Source: Alphaproteobacteria bacterium (GTDB lineage: Bacteria > Pseudomonadota > Alphaproteobacteria > G965218375). From it: a stretch of 64,000 nt of DNA. A program made the translations under genes and the position numbers. The notes under the pieces were generated by a model. That model searched no databases, had not been told where the DNA came from, and saw only the letters and a program-made list of their open reading frames with translations. The stretch covers positions 1,404,950-1,468,949 of the forward strand of contig OZ244618.1 in NCBI GenBank assembly GCA_965218375.1. The letters run 5' to 3'. Positions 10,239 to 19,510 of the stretch are shown here, one piece after another. Each line of letters starts with the position of its first letter. Positions within the stretch are counted from its first letter, which is position 1.

Positions 10239-11390
10239 TTGAAAATGTCAAAGGATTCTATTGTACTAGCGCAAGAGTTAATTAAGTGTCCTAGCGTGAC
10301 GCCTGAGGACAATGGTGCTCTTGTTTACCTTCAGAAGGTCTTGTCCTCTTTAGGTTTTGAGTGCCATTCCTTGAGATTCTCTGAAGAGGGAACTGCAAGC
10401 GTTGATAATTTGTATGCGCGTTATGGGCGCAAAGGGCGTGTCTTTGGCTATGCGGGGCATACGGATGTGGTGCCAACAGGTGTCAATTGGCGCTATCCTC
10501 CTTTTAGTGCAACCATTGCGGATGGTAAGCTGTGGGGACGAGGTTCTGTTGACATGAAGGGGTCAATTGCGGCATTTGTTGCCGCGATCCAGCGTTTCCT
10601 AGATACTTACGGTTCCATATTTGATGAGTCCATTGCTCTGGTGATTACTGGAGATGAAGAAGGTGTGGCGGTGAATGGTACCGTCAAGATTCTTGACTGG
10701 ATGACACAAAATAATGAGAAATTAGATGTATGTATTGTCGGAGAGCCCACTAATTCCGAGTTTTTAGGGGACACCATCAAAGCTGGACGTCGGGGAAGTA
10801 TGGATTGCGTGTTGAGAGTTAAAGGGATTCAGGGGCATGCGGCATATCCAGAATTAGCAGATAATCCCATTTCACGACTTATTGGTCTGCTAAATAAGTT
10901 GGTCTCGTTAAAATTAGATGAAGGAACAGATTTATTTCAGCCAAGTACGTTGACAGTTACGAATATCCATGTGGGAAATACGGCAACCAACGTGATTCCA
11001 GAATGGGCAAATGCGTCATTTAATATTCGTTTCAATGACCTCCATAATTTTGACAGTTTAAAAGCACTTCTCCATAAAACCCTAGATGATACGCAGCTGG
11101 GGAACTATGATCTGACCCTGAGGAGTAATAGTGAAGCGTTTGTCACCACGGCTCCCGCGTTTCTGAAGGTGGTCTCGTCAGCAGTGCAGGAGGTGACAAA
11201 TTATGTGCCGAATTTAACTACAGGCGGCGGAACAAGTGATGCGCGGTTTATTAAGAACATGTGTCCGGTGGTCGAGTTTGGGCTCGTAAATAAAAGCATG
11301 CACAAGGTGGATGAATTTTCACCCCTAGAGGATATTCGTCAACTTACGGATGTATATTTTGTGATGCTAAAAAAATATTTCGACTCATAA
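10239..11390 (+). CDS. dapE: succinyl-diaminopimelate desuccinylase
   Basis: 383 aa M20 peptidase with AGHTDVVP, GSVDMKG and ITGDEEG metal-binding motifs. Confidence 0.9.
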   Translation: MKMSKDSIVLAQELIKCPSVTPEDNGALVYLQKVLSSLGFECHSLRFSEEGTASVDNLYARYGRKGRVFGYAGHTDVVPTGVNWRYPPFSATIADGKLWGRGSVDMKGSIAAFVAAIQRFLDTYGSIFDESIALVITGDEEGVAVNGTVKILDWMTQNNEKLDVCIVGEPTNSEFLGDTIKAGRRGSMDCVLRVKGIQGHAAYPELADNPISRLIGLLNKLVSLKLDEGTDLFQPSTLTVTNIHVGNTATNVIPEWANASFNIRFNDLHNFDSLKALLHKTLDDTQLGNYDLTLRSNSEAFVTTAPAFLKVVSSAVQEVTNYVPNLTTGGGTSDARFIKNMCPVVEFGLVNKSMHKVDEFSPLEDIRQLTDVYFVMLKKYFDS

Positions 11391-11393
11391 AGC

Positions 11394-12149
11394 TCATTCT
11401 TCAGTCTCGTCATAACAGACTTTGGTAAGGTAGAGGCCGTAAGGTGGTGCTGTGACCGGACCCTTAGTGCGGTCGCAGGCTTCTAGGGCGTTGAAGAGTC
11501 GGTTCTGTGTCCACTTGCCGCGCCCAACCGCGACAAGGCCGCCGACAATAATCCGTACTTGATTATACAGAAAACTGCGCGCTTGTATGCGGATTTCAAT
11601 ATGAGGCGGTGCACTCTGGTGGACATCGATGGCATTGATGGTTTTGACGGGGCTTGCGGCTTGGCAGTGGACACTTCTGAAACTGGTGAAGTCATGGCGG
11701 CCTACAAATATCTGCGATGCTTCTCTCATGGCGTGAATGTTAAGGTCCTGGGGGACGTGCCACGCACGATGTTTTTCAAACGTTGGGCGGGCATTTCGAT
11801 TAAAAATCAGATAGCAATAGTGCCGTTCAATAGCGCTAAAGCGCGCATGAAATTGCTGGTCTACTTCGGTGACCTTGACAATGCTAATGGGCTGGGTGTG
11901 AAGGTGGGCATTCAAGGCCTTTAAGATAATACGAGGCTCAGTGGGTTTCTGAATATCCGCATGGGCCACCATGCCCGTGGCGTGAACGCCCGCATCAGTC
12001 CTACCAGCACCTTCAATGGTGCACTCCTCCCCACAAAATTTTTTAAGTGCAATTTTAATAGCTTCTTGGACACTGGCATTATTTTTTTGTTGTTGCCATC
12101 CATTAAAGGCGTAGCCATTATATTCTATAAGAAGGCGATATCTCGTCAT
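11394..12149 (-). CDS. truA: tRNA pseudouridine(38-40) synthase
   Basis: 251 aa. N-terminal RYRLLIEYNGYAFNGWQ and the catalytic-Asp region GRTDAGVHA. Confidence 0.9.
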   Translation of the reverse strand: MTRYRLLIEYNGYAFNGWQQQKNNASVQEAIKIALKKFCGEECTIEGAGRTDAGVHATGMVAHADIQKPTEPRIILKALNAHLHTQPISIVKVTEVDQQFHARFSAIERHYCYLIFNRNARPTFEKHRAWHVPQDLNIHAMREASQIFVGRHDFTSFRSVHCQAASPVKTINAIDVHQSAPPHIEIRIQARSFLYNQVRIIVGGLVAVGRGKWTQNRLFNALEACDRTKGPVTAPPYGLYLTKVCYDETEE

Positions 12150-12374
12150 GTGTTTACCTTAGGCATGAATAGGAGGGTGAAGTGGCATGAGTTTATGTTC
12201 TTTATTTCTGCGAGGTGATTGAATATGTTGTATGCTATTTTGCGTGTGTTTTTTAATACTGATGTATATGAATTTTAGCTTTTAAATCCAAGTATTTTAT
12301 TGACTCATAGGTAATTCAAATGGAGTTTATTCTATTTGATATATATAATATTTTCATTATTAATAAGTTAAATC

Positions 12375-12944
12375 ATGACAATATTTTTTAAGACTCTATA
12401 TATATTTAAAACTCTGTCTTTATCCTTTTGTTTATATTACTCTTATTATGCTTTAGGTTATGCTTTAGGGGTCGATACGTTTAAGGCTATGGCGGCGTCT
12501 CAAGTGGTAATAGGTTCGGAGACGGGGCTGTCTCTTCCGCGCTTTGTTTCGCTCAACCAACGGCGTGCCAATCACGTAAACGTCCGCGCAGGGCCCAGTT
12601 TTCAATATCCAATAAAGTGGATTTTTCAACGAAATAGATTGCCAGTAAAAGTTGTGGCCGAATATGGGGACTGGCGCCGGATTATAGATATGGATAATGA
12701 GCAAGGGTGGATCCATAAAAGTTTGTTGTCTTTGAAACGTACTGCTATGATACAAGGGGATTTGCGCGTCCTTTACGGAGAGGCTGATAAGGCGTCAATC
12801 CCAAAGTTTATGGCAGAGCCTGGAGTTGTCGGGTGGATTATTAAGTGTGATCAGAAATGGTGTTTTTTGGACGTGAATCGCCAAAAAGGCTGGGTACAAC
12901 AAGAGTTTATTTGGGGCACTTTTTCTCAGGAAATTATCGAGTAG
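12375..12944 (+). CDS. bacterial SH3-domain protein (probably exported); true start may be downstream
   Basis: SH3b-like core (VNVRAGPS...YPIKWIFQ...PVKVVAEYGDWRRI...GWIHKSLL). The hydrophobic N-terminus is consistent with a signal peptide. Confidence 0.55.
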   Translation: MTIFFKTLYIFKTLSLSFCLYYSYYALGYALGVDTFKAMAASQVVIGSETGLSLPRFVSLNQRRANHVNVRAGPSFQYPIKWIFQRNRLPVKVVAEYGDWRRIIDMDNEQGWIHKSLLSLKRTAMIQGDLRVLYGEADKASIPKFMAEPGVVGWIIKCDQKWCFLDVNRQKGWVQQEFIWGTFSQEIIE

Positions 12945-13147
12945 GTTGGGGGCAAATCACAAGCTGCAAGAGAAAAAATTAGCAAAAGAAGCACTGTGTA
13001 TAGATTGTCAATATAGACATTAAATCAATTTATTGTTACCATAAACAGGGAGAATGTTATACGAGAGTATGCTATAGTAGTCATATATGTAGTTGGTGTG
13101 CTCAAACAACATTATATTATTCTAATAATAACTAAATTAAGGCAGTC

Positions 13148-14383
13148 ATGAAACCATCGCTAACGGAAAAAAACGATATCGGTTTGTGTGGATCAGAGGA
13201 GAGAAGATTTCTAGACTGGATCAGTAGCGTAAATCGAAGTGTAGTGGATACAGTCATTATATTAGTTCGCATTTCTCAACTCCATAATATTAACCAACAA
13301 CCCTATCACCTTAAAATCATAACGTATATTTTTCAGCTAATTATAGGTAAAAACTCGGTCCTTTTTTATCGTTTTTACAACGACGATATTATCGTTATTG
13401 GTCAAAAAGAACAAATACCAGCCTTAAGGGATGCGTGTAAAAATATTGTTAATTTATTTACTCATGACCCCTTGTTTGTCAAAGAAGACGGGAAAGCGAA
13501 AAAAGACTTTATTTCATGGTACGAGAGTCATGATTACGTTGAGTTAAAGAAAACAGCTGAACAACGTATTAATCAGGCCTATGCCCACCGTGATGCGACT
13601 TTGAAAAAAATGTCGAAAACCTTTGAAGGATTGCCGAGCGGCTTGACGAAAAAGGATTTAACCCCCTCATGCTTGGTTGATTTGATTCAAAGTATCCGTA
13701 ATATGGATCTGTCTCGGTTTTTACAGAAACAAGTAACCTATAGTGTCATTGGTGATGGTCTGCCTATTAGTCTGTCCAGTGAATATTTTATTTCTATTTA
13801 TGATTTAGGCAATACCCTGTTTCCAGATGTAAATCTGACTTCAGATAAATGGCTCTTTCAGCACCTGACGGAGTATTTAGATAAGTATATTCTGACCATG
13901 GTGCCAAACTTGAAGGAAACAGAAAAAAAGCCTATTTCAATTAATATCAACGTTGAGACGTTATTGTCCGATGAGTTTTTAGAGTTTAATCGCAGGCTTA
14001 GTCCCGAACGTAAAAAGAGAATTATTTTAGAATTACAGCCCCATGATGTTTTAGGCAATACAGATACATTCATGTTTGCGCGCAATTTTTGTCATCATGC
14101 AGGGTTTAAGGTGTGTCTTGATGGCTTAAATCATATGACGTTTCCTTTGTTAGATCGACTCTTTTTGCGGACGGATATGGTCAAGGTGGTGTGGTCTGCG
14201 TACCATTGGTCAATGATGGACGAGCAACAGCGGGAGGGGCTGGAAGCAGCTGTGAAGCGGACGGGGGCATCACGGATTATCCTGTGCCGTTGCGACTCAG
14301 AGGAGGCGGTGTCTTTTGGCCAAAAATTGGGGATTCAGTTTTTCCAAGGACATTTTTTCAAACATATGACATTAGAGGTTTAG
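13148..14383 (+). CDS. hypothetical protein with a catalytically degenerate EAL-like C-terminal domain
   Basis: The C-terminal 150 aa align to EAL landmarks (LELQP for ExxE; CRCDSEEAVSFGQKLGIQFFQGHFF for the EGVE...QGY tail). DDFGTG is replaced by LDGLNHM and the K-x-D motif is lost. Confidence 0.5.
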   Translation: MKPSLTEKNDIGLCGSEERRFLDWISSVNRSVVDTVIILVRISQLHNINQQPYHLKIITYIFQLIIGKNSVLFYRFYNDDIIVIGQKEQIPALRDACKNIVNLFTHDPLFVKEDGKAKKDFISWYESHDYVELKKTAEQRINQAYAHRDATLKKMSKTFEGLPSGLTKKDLTPSCLVDLIQSIRNMDLSRFLQKQVTYSVIGDGLPISLSSEYFISIYDLGNTLFPDVNLTSDKWLFQHLTEYLDKYILTMVPNLKETEKKPISININVETLLSDEFLEFNRRLSPERKKRIILELQPHDVLGNTDTFMFARNFCHHAGFKVCLDGLNHMTFPLLDRLFLRTDMVKVVWSAYHWSMMDEQQREGLEAAVKRTGASRIILCRCDSEEAVSFGQKLGIQFFQGHFFKHMTLEV

Positions 14384-14618
14384 CCATCCCCGTTGAGTGT
14401 CTCTTCATTTGATACCCAGGCCGTTAGGTTTAATGTGCTTTTATTCCATCAGGATGGTATCTTGCAAAAAAGGGGGCCATGCGCGCGCCCTCAAGGCGGA
14501 CATTCGACTTTTTACATGAACGGGGCGTTGGTTTCTTGTAGGGTTTGTGTGTTGTGTTAAGAAGGGATTTAGGTGTGGATTTAAAGAAGATGGTGTTGTG
14601 AGGTCTGCTTTGGTGAGG

Positions 14619-15665
14619 ATGGCGCACCTATTGCCTCCAGAGATGGCCCATGGGTTGGCGATCCATACCCTTAAGCGTACGCCTTTGGGGGTATTGGGCA
14701 ATAACAATCAGGCAGATCCCCGATTGAATGTGACTCTTTTTGGACAAAAGTTTCCAACGCCTTTTGGTGTTGCTGCGGGTTTTGATAAAAATGCTGAAGT
14801 ATGGCGACAGGGGTTAGCCTTAGGGTTTGGCCATGTTGAGATTGGGACGGTGACGCCAAAGCCGCAAGTCGGTAACCCCCAACCAAGGGTCTTTCGGTTG
14901 CCGGAAGACAAAGCGGTAATTAATCGTATGGGATTCCCTGGGGCGGGACAGCAGGTTGTTCAGGGGCGGCTTACAGACGAACGGCCACGTATGGGGGTCT
15001 TGGGGGTCAATATTGGGCGTAACAAGGATCAGGCAGATCCCGTCATTGATTATGTAGAGGGCGTGCGGGCGTTTGCATCGAAGGCTGATTATTTAACGGT
15101 TAATATTAGCTCACCTAATACTCCAGGACTACGTCAGTTGCAGGACAAAGCTTATTTAAGTGATCTGTTAGCTGCAGTTTTACAAGAGCGGGCGTCGCAC
15201 AGCACCTATGTCCCGATTATGCTTAAGGTGGCGCCTGACCTTGATCATGGACAAATTACTGACATTATTGAAGCCGTCTTAAATACGCGCGTCCAGTCTA
15301 AAAGCATTGACGGGATTATTGTGAGCAATACCACGGTGGCGCGTTTTGATACCCTTAATGGCACTCATAAAGGGCAGAGTGGGGGCTTGTCTGGCGCACC
15401 ATTATTTGCCATGAGCACGGCGATTTTAAAACGTTTTCGTCAAGAAATTGGCAGCAAGATTCCTTTAATTGGTGTTGGCGGTATTCAAACGGCCGATGAT
15501 GCATGGCAGAAAATGCGTGCAGGAGCCAGTCTGGTGCAAGTGTATACTGGACTGATCTATCAGGGTTTGGGACTTGTGAAAACCCTGGATCAGGACTTAA
15601 TCAAGATAATGGACAACGAAGGGGTAGAGCGCCTTACTGAGATCATTGGATGTGATGTTGATTAG
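14619..15665 (+). CDS. pyrD: dihydroorotate dehydrogenase (quinone), class 2
   Basis: PyrD N-terminus MAHLLPPEMAHGLAI plus FMN-binding and catalytic-Ser motifs. Start set at the internal ATG; the track's GTG extension at 14547 was not used. Confidence 0.9.
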   Translation: MAHLLPPEMAHGLAIHTLKRTPLGVLGNNNQADPRLNVTLFGQKFPTPFGVAAGFDKNAEVWRQGLALGFGHVEIGTVTPKPQVGNPQPRVFRLPEDKAVINRMGFPGAGQQVVQGRLTDERPRMGVLGVNIGRNKDQADPVIDYVEGVRAFASKADYLTVNISSPNTPGLRQLQDKAYLSDLLAAVLQERASHSTYVPIMLKVAPDLDHGQITDIIEAVLNTRVQSKSIDGIIVSNTTVARFDTLNGTHKGQSGGLSGAPLFAMSTAILKRFRQEIGSKIPLIGVGGIQTADDAWQKMRAGASLVQVYTGLIYQGLGLVKTLDQDLIKIMDNEGVERLTEIIGCDVD

Positions 15666-15692
15666 GTGAGGGGCTACGGCCTAGTGAAGGCC

Positions 15693-16691
15693 TCAGGACG
15701 GGGCGCTTGGGGTCACTTCCCCCGCTATGGACTGTCCAATCATATGATGCAGGGTATTAAAATCTATTTTTCTTGCTAAGAGGACTTGGAGCTTAGTGAG
15801 CGCACATTCGCGGGTCATATCATAGCCAGATATAACCCCTAAGTCGTGTAGCTCTTTCCCTGTGGCGTAGGCACTTTGTTTGATACCTCCTGCAAGGCAT
15901 TGGGTGATATTAACAATAATCTTGTTGGTGGTGGCGGTGCGGAGCCCTTCTTTAAGGGTGGCGTCTAGGGTTGGAATGTTCCCCTGTCCATAGCTTTCCA
16001 AGACGACTGCTTTAACATGGGGGCGCGTTAATTCTGCCACAAGGTGGTGGGGGTCGTATCCTGGATATAAACAGGTGAGGATGACCTCCCCTGGGGGGAA
16101 ATCTGGAGTGCAAAAGTCTTTTGGTTGCGGGGGGATGATGTGGCTTGGGTCAGTAATGGGTGGCAAGTTGGGGGATGCAAAGGCATCCATTTCTGTGCTG
16201 TTAACTTTTCGGCTACGGTTCCCGCGGAGGGTTTTGCCATTAAAGTAAATGAGCACTTCTTGATTGTGGCTAAGACTTGCCGCGCCTATGGCACCAACGA
16301 AATTATCTACGCTATCTGATCCATGGACCAAAAGGGGGATTTGCGCGCCGGTTATGATAACTGGTTTGGTAAGTCCAAGCATCATAAACGACAAGGCGGA
16401 GGCGGTGAAAGCCATTGTATCAGTGCCGTGCAAGATCACAAAGCCATCAGTATGGGGCATTTTGTGGTCGATGGCCTGTACCATACGGCACCAATCGAAG
16501 GGTTGAATATTGGCACTATCAATGGGGGGAGTGAGCTCGATGAAAGAAAAATCGGGGAGGTTGGTGCGTGCTTCCTGGTCAAGTGCCGCGCGAATACGTC
16601 CTTCAAATCCCCCTTGTGGTTGATATCCAGAAGGCGTCTGTTGCATACCAATGGTGCCGCCAGTATAGATAATTGTAATGTGTTTTGGCAT
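15693..16691 (-). CDS. ansA: L-asparaginase
   Basis: N-terminal catalytic motif IIYTGGTIGM and the GTDTM motif. Start at the internal ATG (MPKHITIIY). Confidence 0.85.
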   Translation of the reverse strand: MPKHITIIYTGGTIGMQQTPSGYQPQGGFEGRIRAALDQEARTNLPDFSFIELTPPIDSANIQPFDWCRMVQAIDHKMPHTDGFVILHGTDTMAFTASALSFMMLGLTKPVIITGAQIPLLVHGSDSVDNFVGAIGAASLSHNQEVLIYFNGKTLRGNRSRKVNSTEMDAFASPNLPPITDPSHIIPPQPKDFCTPDFPPGEVILTCLYPGYDPHHLVAELTRPHVKAVVLESYGQGNIPTLDATLKEGLRTATTNKIIVNITQCLAGGIKQSAYATGKELHDLGVISGYDMTRECALTKLQVLLARKIDFNTLHHMIGQSIAGEVTPSAPS

Positions 16692-16949
16692 CCTTAATAT
16701 CCTTATCGATGCGTGATAAAAAAATACCTTCACAGGTAACTGCTATGACCTTTTAATCAAAAACCTCATATCTCGTGCCACTATTGATTGTAATGGTGCA
16801 AAATTTATGTAAATAATTCAATATTGAGAATTGATAAAGATGAAATTATATTTATTATGACTAAGATTTTAATGAATTGTTCCTTATAATCTTTGAGCAA
16901 TGGTAAGGGTCTGGTTTGAAATATCCTCTTGTGCGAAAGGACGGTGCTT

Positions 16950-18542
16950 ATGACGAATAAAACAGCGCTGATTTCTGTTTCTGATAAAACAGGATTAATA
17001 GAGTTTGTCACTTTCCTTCACCATGAGGGGATAAAGATTTTCTCTACGGGCGGTACGGCGAAGGCTATACGGGATGGAGGAATTCCCGTTCAAGATGTGG
17101 CTGATATGACCCACTTTCCCGAAATGATGGATGGGCGCGTCAAAACTTTACACCCAAAGGTCCATGGAGGGATTCTCGCTTTGCGGGATCAAGCCTCCCA
17201 TCAGCAGGCCATGGCAGAGAACGGGATTAACCCCATAGATATGGTGGTCGTCAACTTATACCCCTTTCAACACACAGTTGATCAAGGCGCAGATGCTGCC
17301 ACATGTATCGAGAATATTGATATTGGTGGGCCTGCAATGATTAGGTCTGCGGCGAAAAATCATCGTTACGTCACCGTTGTTGTTGATCCCAGTCAATATC
17401 AGGTGCTGATGGATGAAATGCAAGAGAATGATGGAGATGTCCCTTTAAATTTACGCCAGAAGCTGGCGCAAGCTGCCTTTAATCATGTGGCGATTTACGA
17501 TCGGTCTATTGCGGATTGGTTTTCGCGGGAGAATGCTTACGAGGTCCATGGCAATCATTCCCCCCCCCCAGAACAGCTCAACCTTACTCTTACTCGTCAG
17601 GCAAGTTTGCCCTATGGTGAAAACCCCCATCAGCGCGCTGCAGTCTATTATGAAAACCATGCCCGTGGCGTGCTTGAGGCAGAGAAGGTACAAGGCAAGG
17701 CTATGAGTTATAATAACTTTCTTGATAGTGCTGCTGCCTTTGACTTGATACAGGAATATAAAGACCATCCAACGTGCGCGATAATTAAGCATGGTAACCC
17801 ATGCGGTGTGGCGTTTAGTGCCCATGTTTTACAGGCCTATCAAAAAGCATTGTCATGTGATCGGACGAGTGCTTTTGGAGGCATTATTGCTTTTAATCGC
17901 CAGATTGATGGGGATACCGCCCGCGCCGTTACAGATTTATTTACCGAAGTTGTGATTGCCCCAAGTCTTACGGAAGAAGCCCGCGAGATATTTCACCACA
18001 AGAAGAATTTGCGTGTTTTATTGACTGAAAATATTTCCGATGCCTATCAGCAAGGCTTTGAAGTGCGTTCCATTGCGGGCGGTTTCCTGCTTCAGTCTCG
18101 TGATACTGCCCAAGAGCACCAAGAGCAAAGTTACCGCGTGGTGACTAAGCGGGCGCCGACCTCCCAAGAGATGCAGGATTTATTATTTGCGTTTACCGTA
18201 TGTAAGTATGTTAAGTCTAATGCAATCGTGTATGCTAAGAATCAGCAAACCGTTGGAATTGGTGCCGGACAGACAAGCCGCGTGAACTCTTGTTATGTAG
18301 CTGTGCAGAAAGCTCAAGAGGCTGTTGCTCAAGAAGGGGATCATCATCTTGGGTGTGAGGGGTCCGTCGTGGCATCAGATGCTTTTTTCCCATTCGCAGA
18401 TGGTTTGCGCGTGGCAATTGATGCAGGGGCGACGGCTGTGATTCAACCCGGTGGTTCCCTGCGTGATCAAGAAGTTATCGACGCTGCGGATTCAGCAGGT
18501 GTTGCAATGGTCTTTACAGGAGACCGCCATTTCCGTCATTAG
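16950..18542 (+). CDS. purH: bifunctional AICAR transformylase / IMP cyclohydrolase
   Basis: Strong PurH similarity: MGS-like N-domain (ALISVSDKTGL) and AICARFT C-domain. ATG at 16950; the track's TTG extension was not used. Confidence 0.95.
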   Translation: MTNKTALISVSDKTGLIEFVTFLHHEGIKIFSTGGTAKAIRDGGIPVQDVADMTHFPEMMDGRVKTLHPKVHGGILALRDQASHQQAMAENGINPIDMVVVNLYPFQHTVDQGADAATCIENIDIGGPAMIRSAAKNHRYVTVVVDPSQYQVLMDEMQENDGDVPLNLRQKLAQAAFNHVAIYDRSIADWFSRENAYEVHGNHSPPPEQLNLTLTRQASLPYGENPHQRAAVYYENHARGVLEAEKVQGKAMSYNNFLDSAAAFDLIQEYKDHPTCAIIKHGNPCGVAFSAHVLQAYQKALSCDRTSAFGGIIAFNRQIDGDTARAVTDLFTEVVIAPSLTEEAREIFHHKKNLRVLLTENISDAYQQGFEVRSIAGGFLLQSRDTAQEHQEQSYRVVTKRAPTSQEMQDLLFAFTVCKYVKSNAIVYAKNQQTVGIGAGQTSRVNSCYVAVQKAQEAVAQEGDHHLGCEGSVVASDAFFPFADGLRVAIDAGATAVIQPGGSLRDQEVIDAADSAGVAMVFTGDRHFRH

Positions 18543-18566
18543 GCGCATGTACGATAGGAACTATAG

Positions 18567-19223
18567 ATGATAATTTTTGACTGTGATGGTGTATTAGTTG
18601 ATACGGAGAATTTTTTTAAAATTCTAAATATGGAATTTCTCCAGAGTAAAGGCATAGATGTGACCTTAGATTTTTTTACCGATCGTTATTCTGGTGTCTC
18701 ATATGAAAATACCATCATTAAACTAGAGCAGGACCTTGACATAAAGATTGATGATGCCTTCTCTCAAGAAATGTACCAATACTCCAAGAATCAGTTACGC
18801 AAGCGAGGGGCCACCCTTGTTGAGGGTATGGATCATGTGGTCGCCAGTATCAAGGGCCCCAAGTGTGTTGCTTCTAACAGTGATCATGATCATATTTCTT
18901 TTGTGCTTAAAAGTGTAAATTTATATGAACATTTTGCACCTTACCTTTTCAGCGCCACTGATGTCAGTGCCCCCAAGCCTTCTCCTGATGTGTACAAGTT
19001 TGCGGCAGAGCAAATGAATAAAAACCCTGCCAGTTGTCTCGTGATTGAAGATAGTCAGACAGGCATTTACGCTGCAAAAGCCGCGGGTATGCGTGTGGTG
19101 GGGGTAACTGTTACGGCAGGTAACCCTCCTGAAGTGGCAAAAAAACTCTATGATGCAGGGGCTGAAAATGTGTTTGACTCCGCGGGTGCCCTCCAAAACT
19201 TTATTGGAGAATTTTCATGTTGA
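18567..19223 (+). CDS. HAD-superfamily hydrolase (beta-phosphoglucomutase/phosphatase-like)
   Basis: HAD motif I FDCDGVLVDTE, motif II S/T, and motif IV EDSxxG (IEDSQTGIYAAKAAG). Confidence 0.8.
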   Translation: MIIFDCDGVLVDTENFFKILNMEFLQSKGIDVTLDFFTDRYSGVSYENTIIKLEQDLDIKIDDAFSQEMYQYSKNQLRKRGATLVEGMDHVVASIKGPKCVASNSDHDHISFVLKSVNLYEHFAPYLFSATDVSAPKPSPDVYKFAAEQMNKNPASCLVIEDSQTGIYAAKAAGMRVVGVTVTAGNPPEVAKKLYDAGAENVFDSAGALQNFIGEFSC

Positions 19224-19510
19224 CCATACAGGGACACGTGGGGCTAATTCGAAAAGAGGGCGGCCGTTATTTCGTTAAGGTCTTATTTAGAAAATATAAA
19301 GATTTTTTATCTATATCTTTTTAAAATTCATTATGAATAGTTTAGTTTTTCTAGGGATTTGTTGTTTTGTGTTAATCTTTTACTAATGTCCGTTGTGAGG
19401 TGTTAATTCTTTAATATAAATGTGATACAATAGGATACAATATTAAGTTTTATAACAAGTAGATAAGCTGTATTTTAAACAATTTTTAACATTAAATTAG
19501 TGTGGTCGAG

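Noticed and set aside
14547-14618. Track ORFs with TTG/GTG N-terminal extensions (pyrD 14547, purH 16929, ansA 16733, SDR 58413, HIT 53332, recQ 41370, pfkB 29914, patatin 33295, HD 34135, fadD 19502, DUF2282 32284).
   Set aside because: Internal ATGs coincide with the conserved N-termini of the respective families (and in one case with an RBS, AAGGTGAG before the SDR ATG at 58515). The upstream extensions were not used.
14430-14707. Two minus-strand ORFs of 65 and 88 aa overlapping the pyrD 5' region.
   Set aside because: They overlap the well-supported pyrD start region, are Pro/Arg-rich antisense-type translations, and have no motif.
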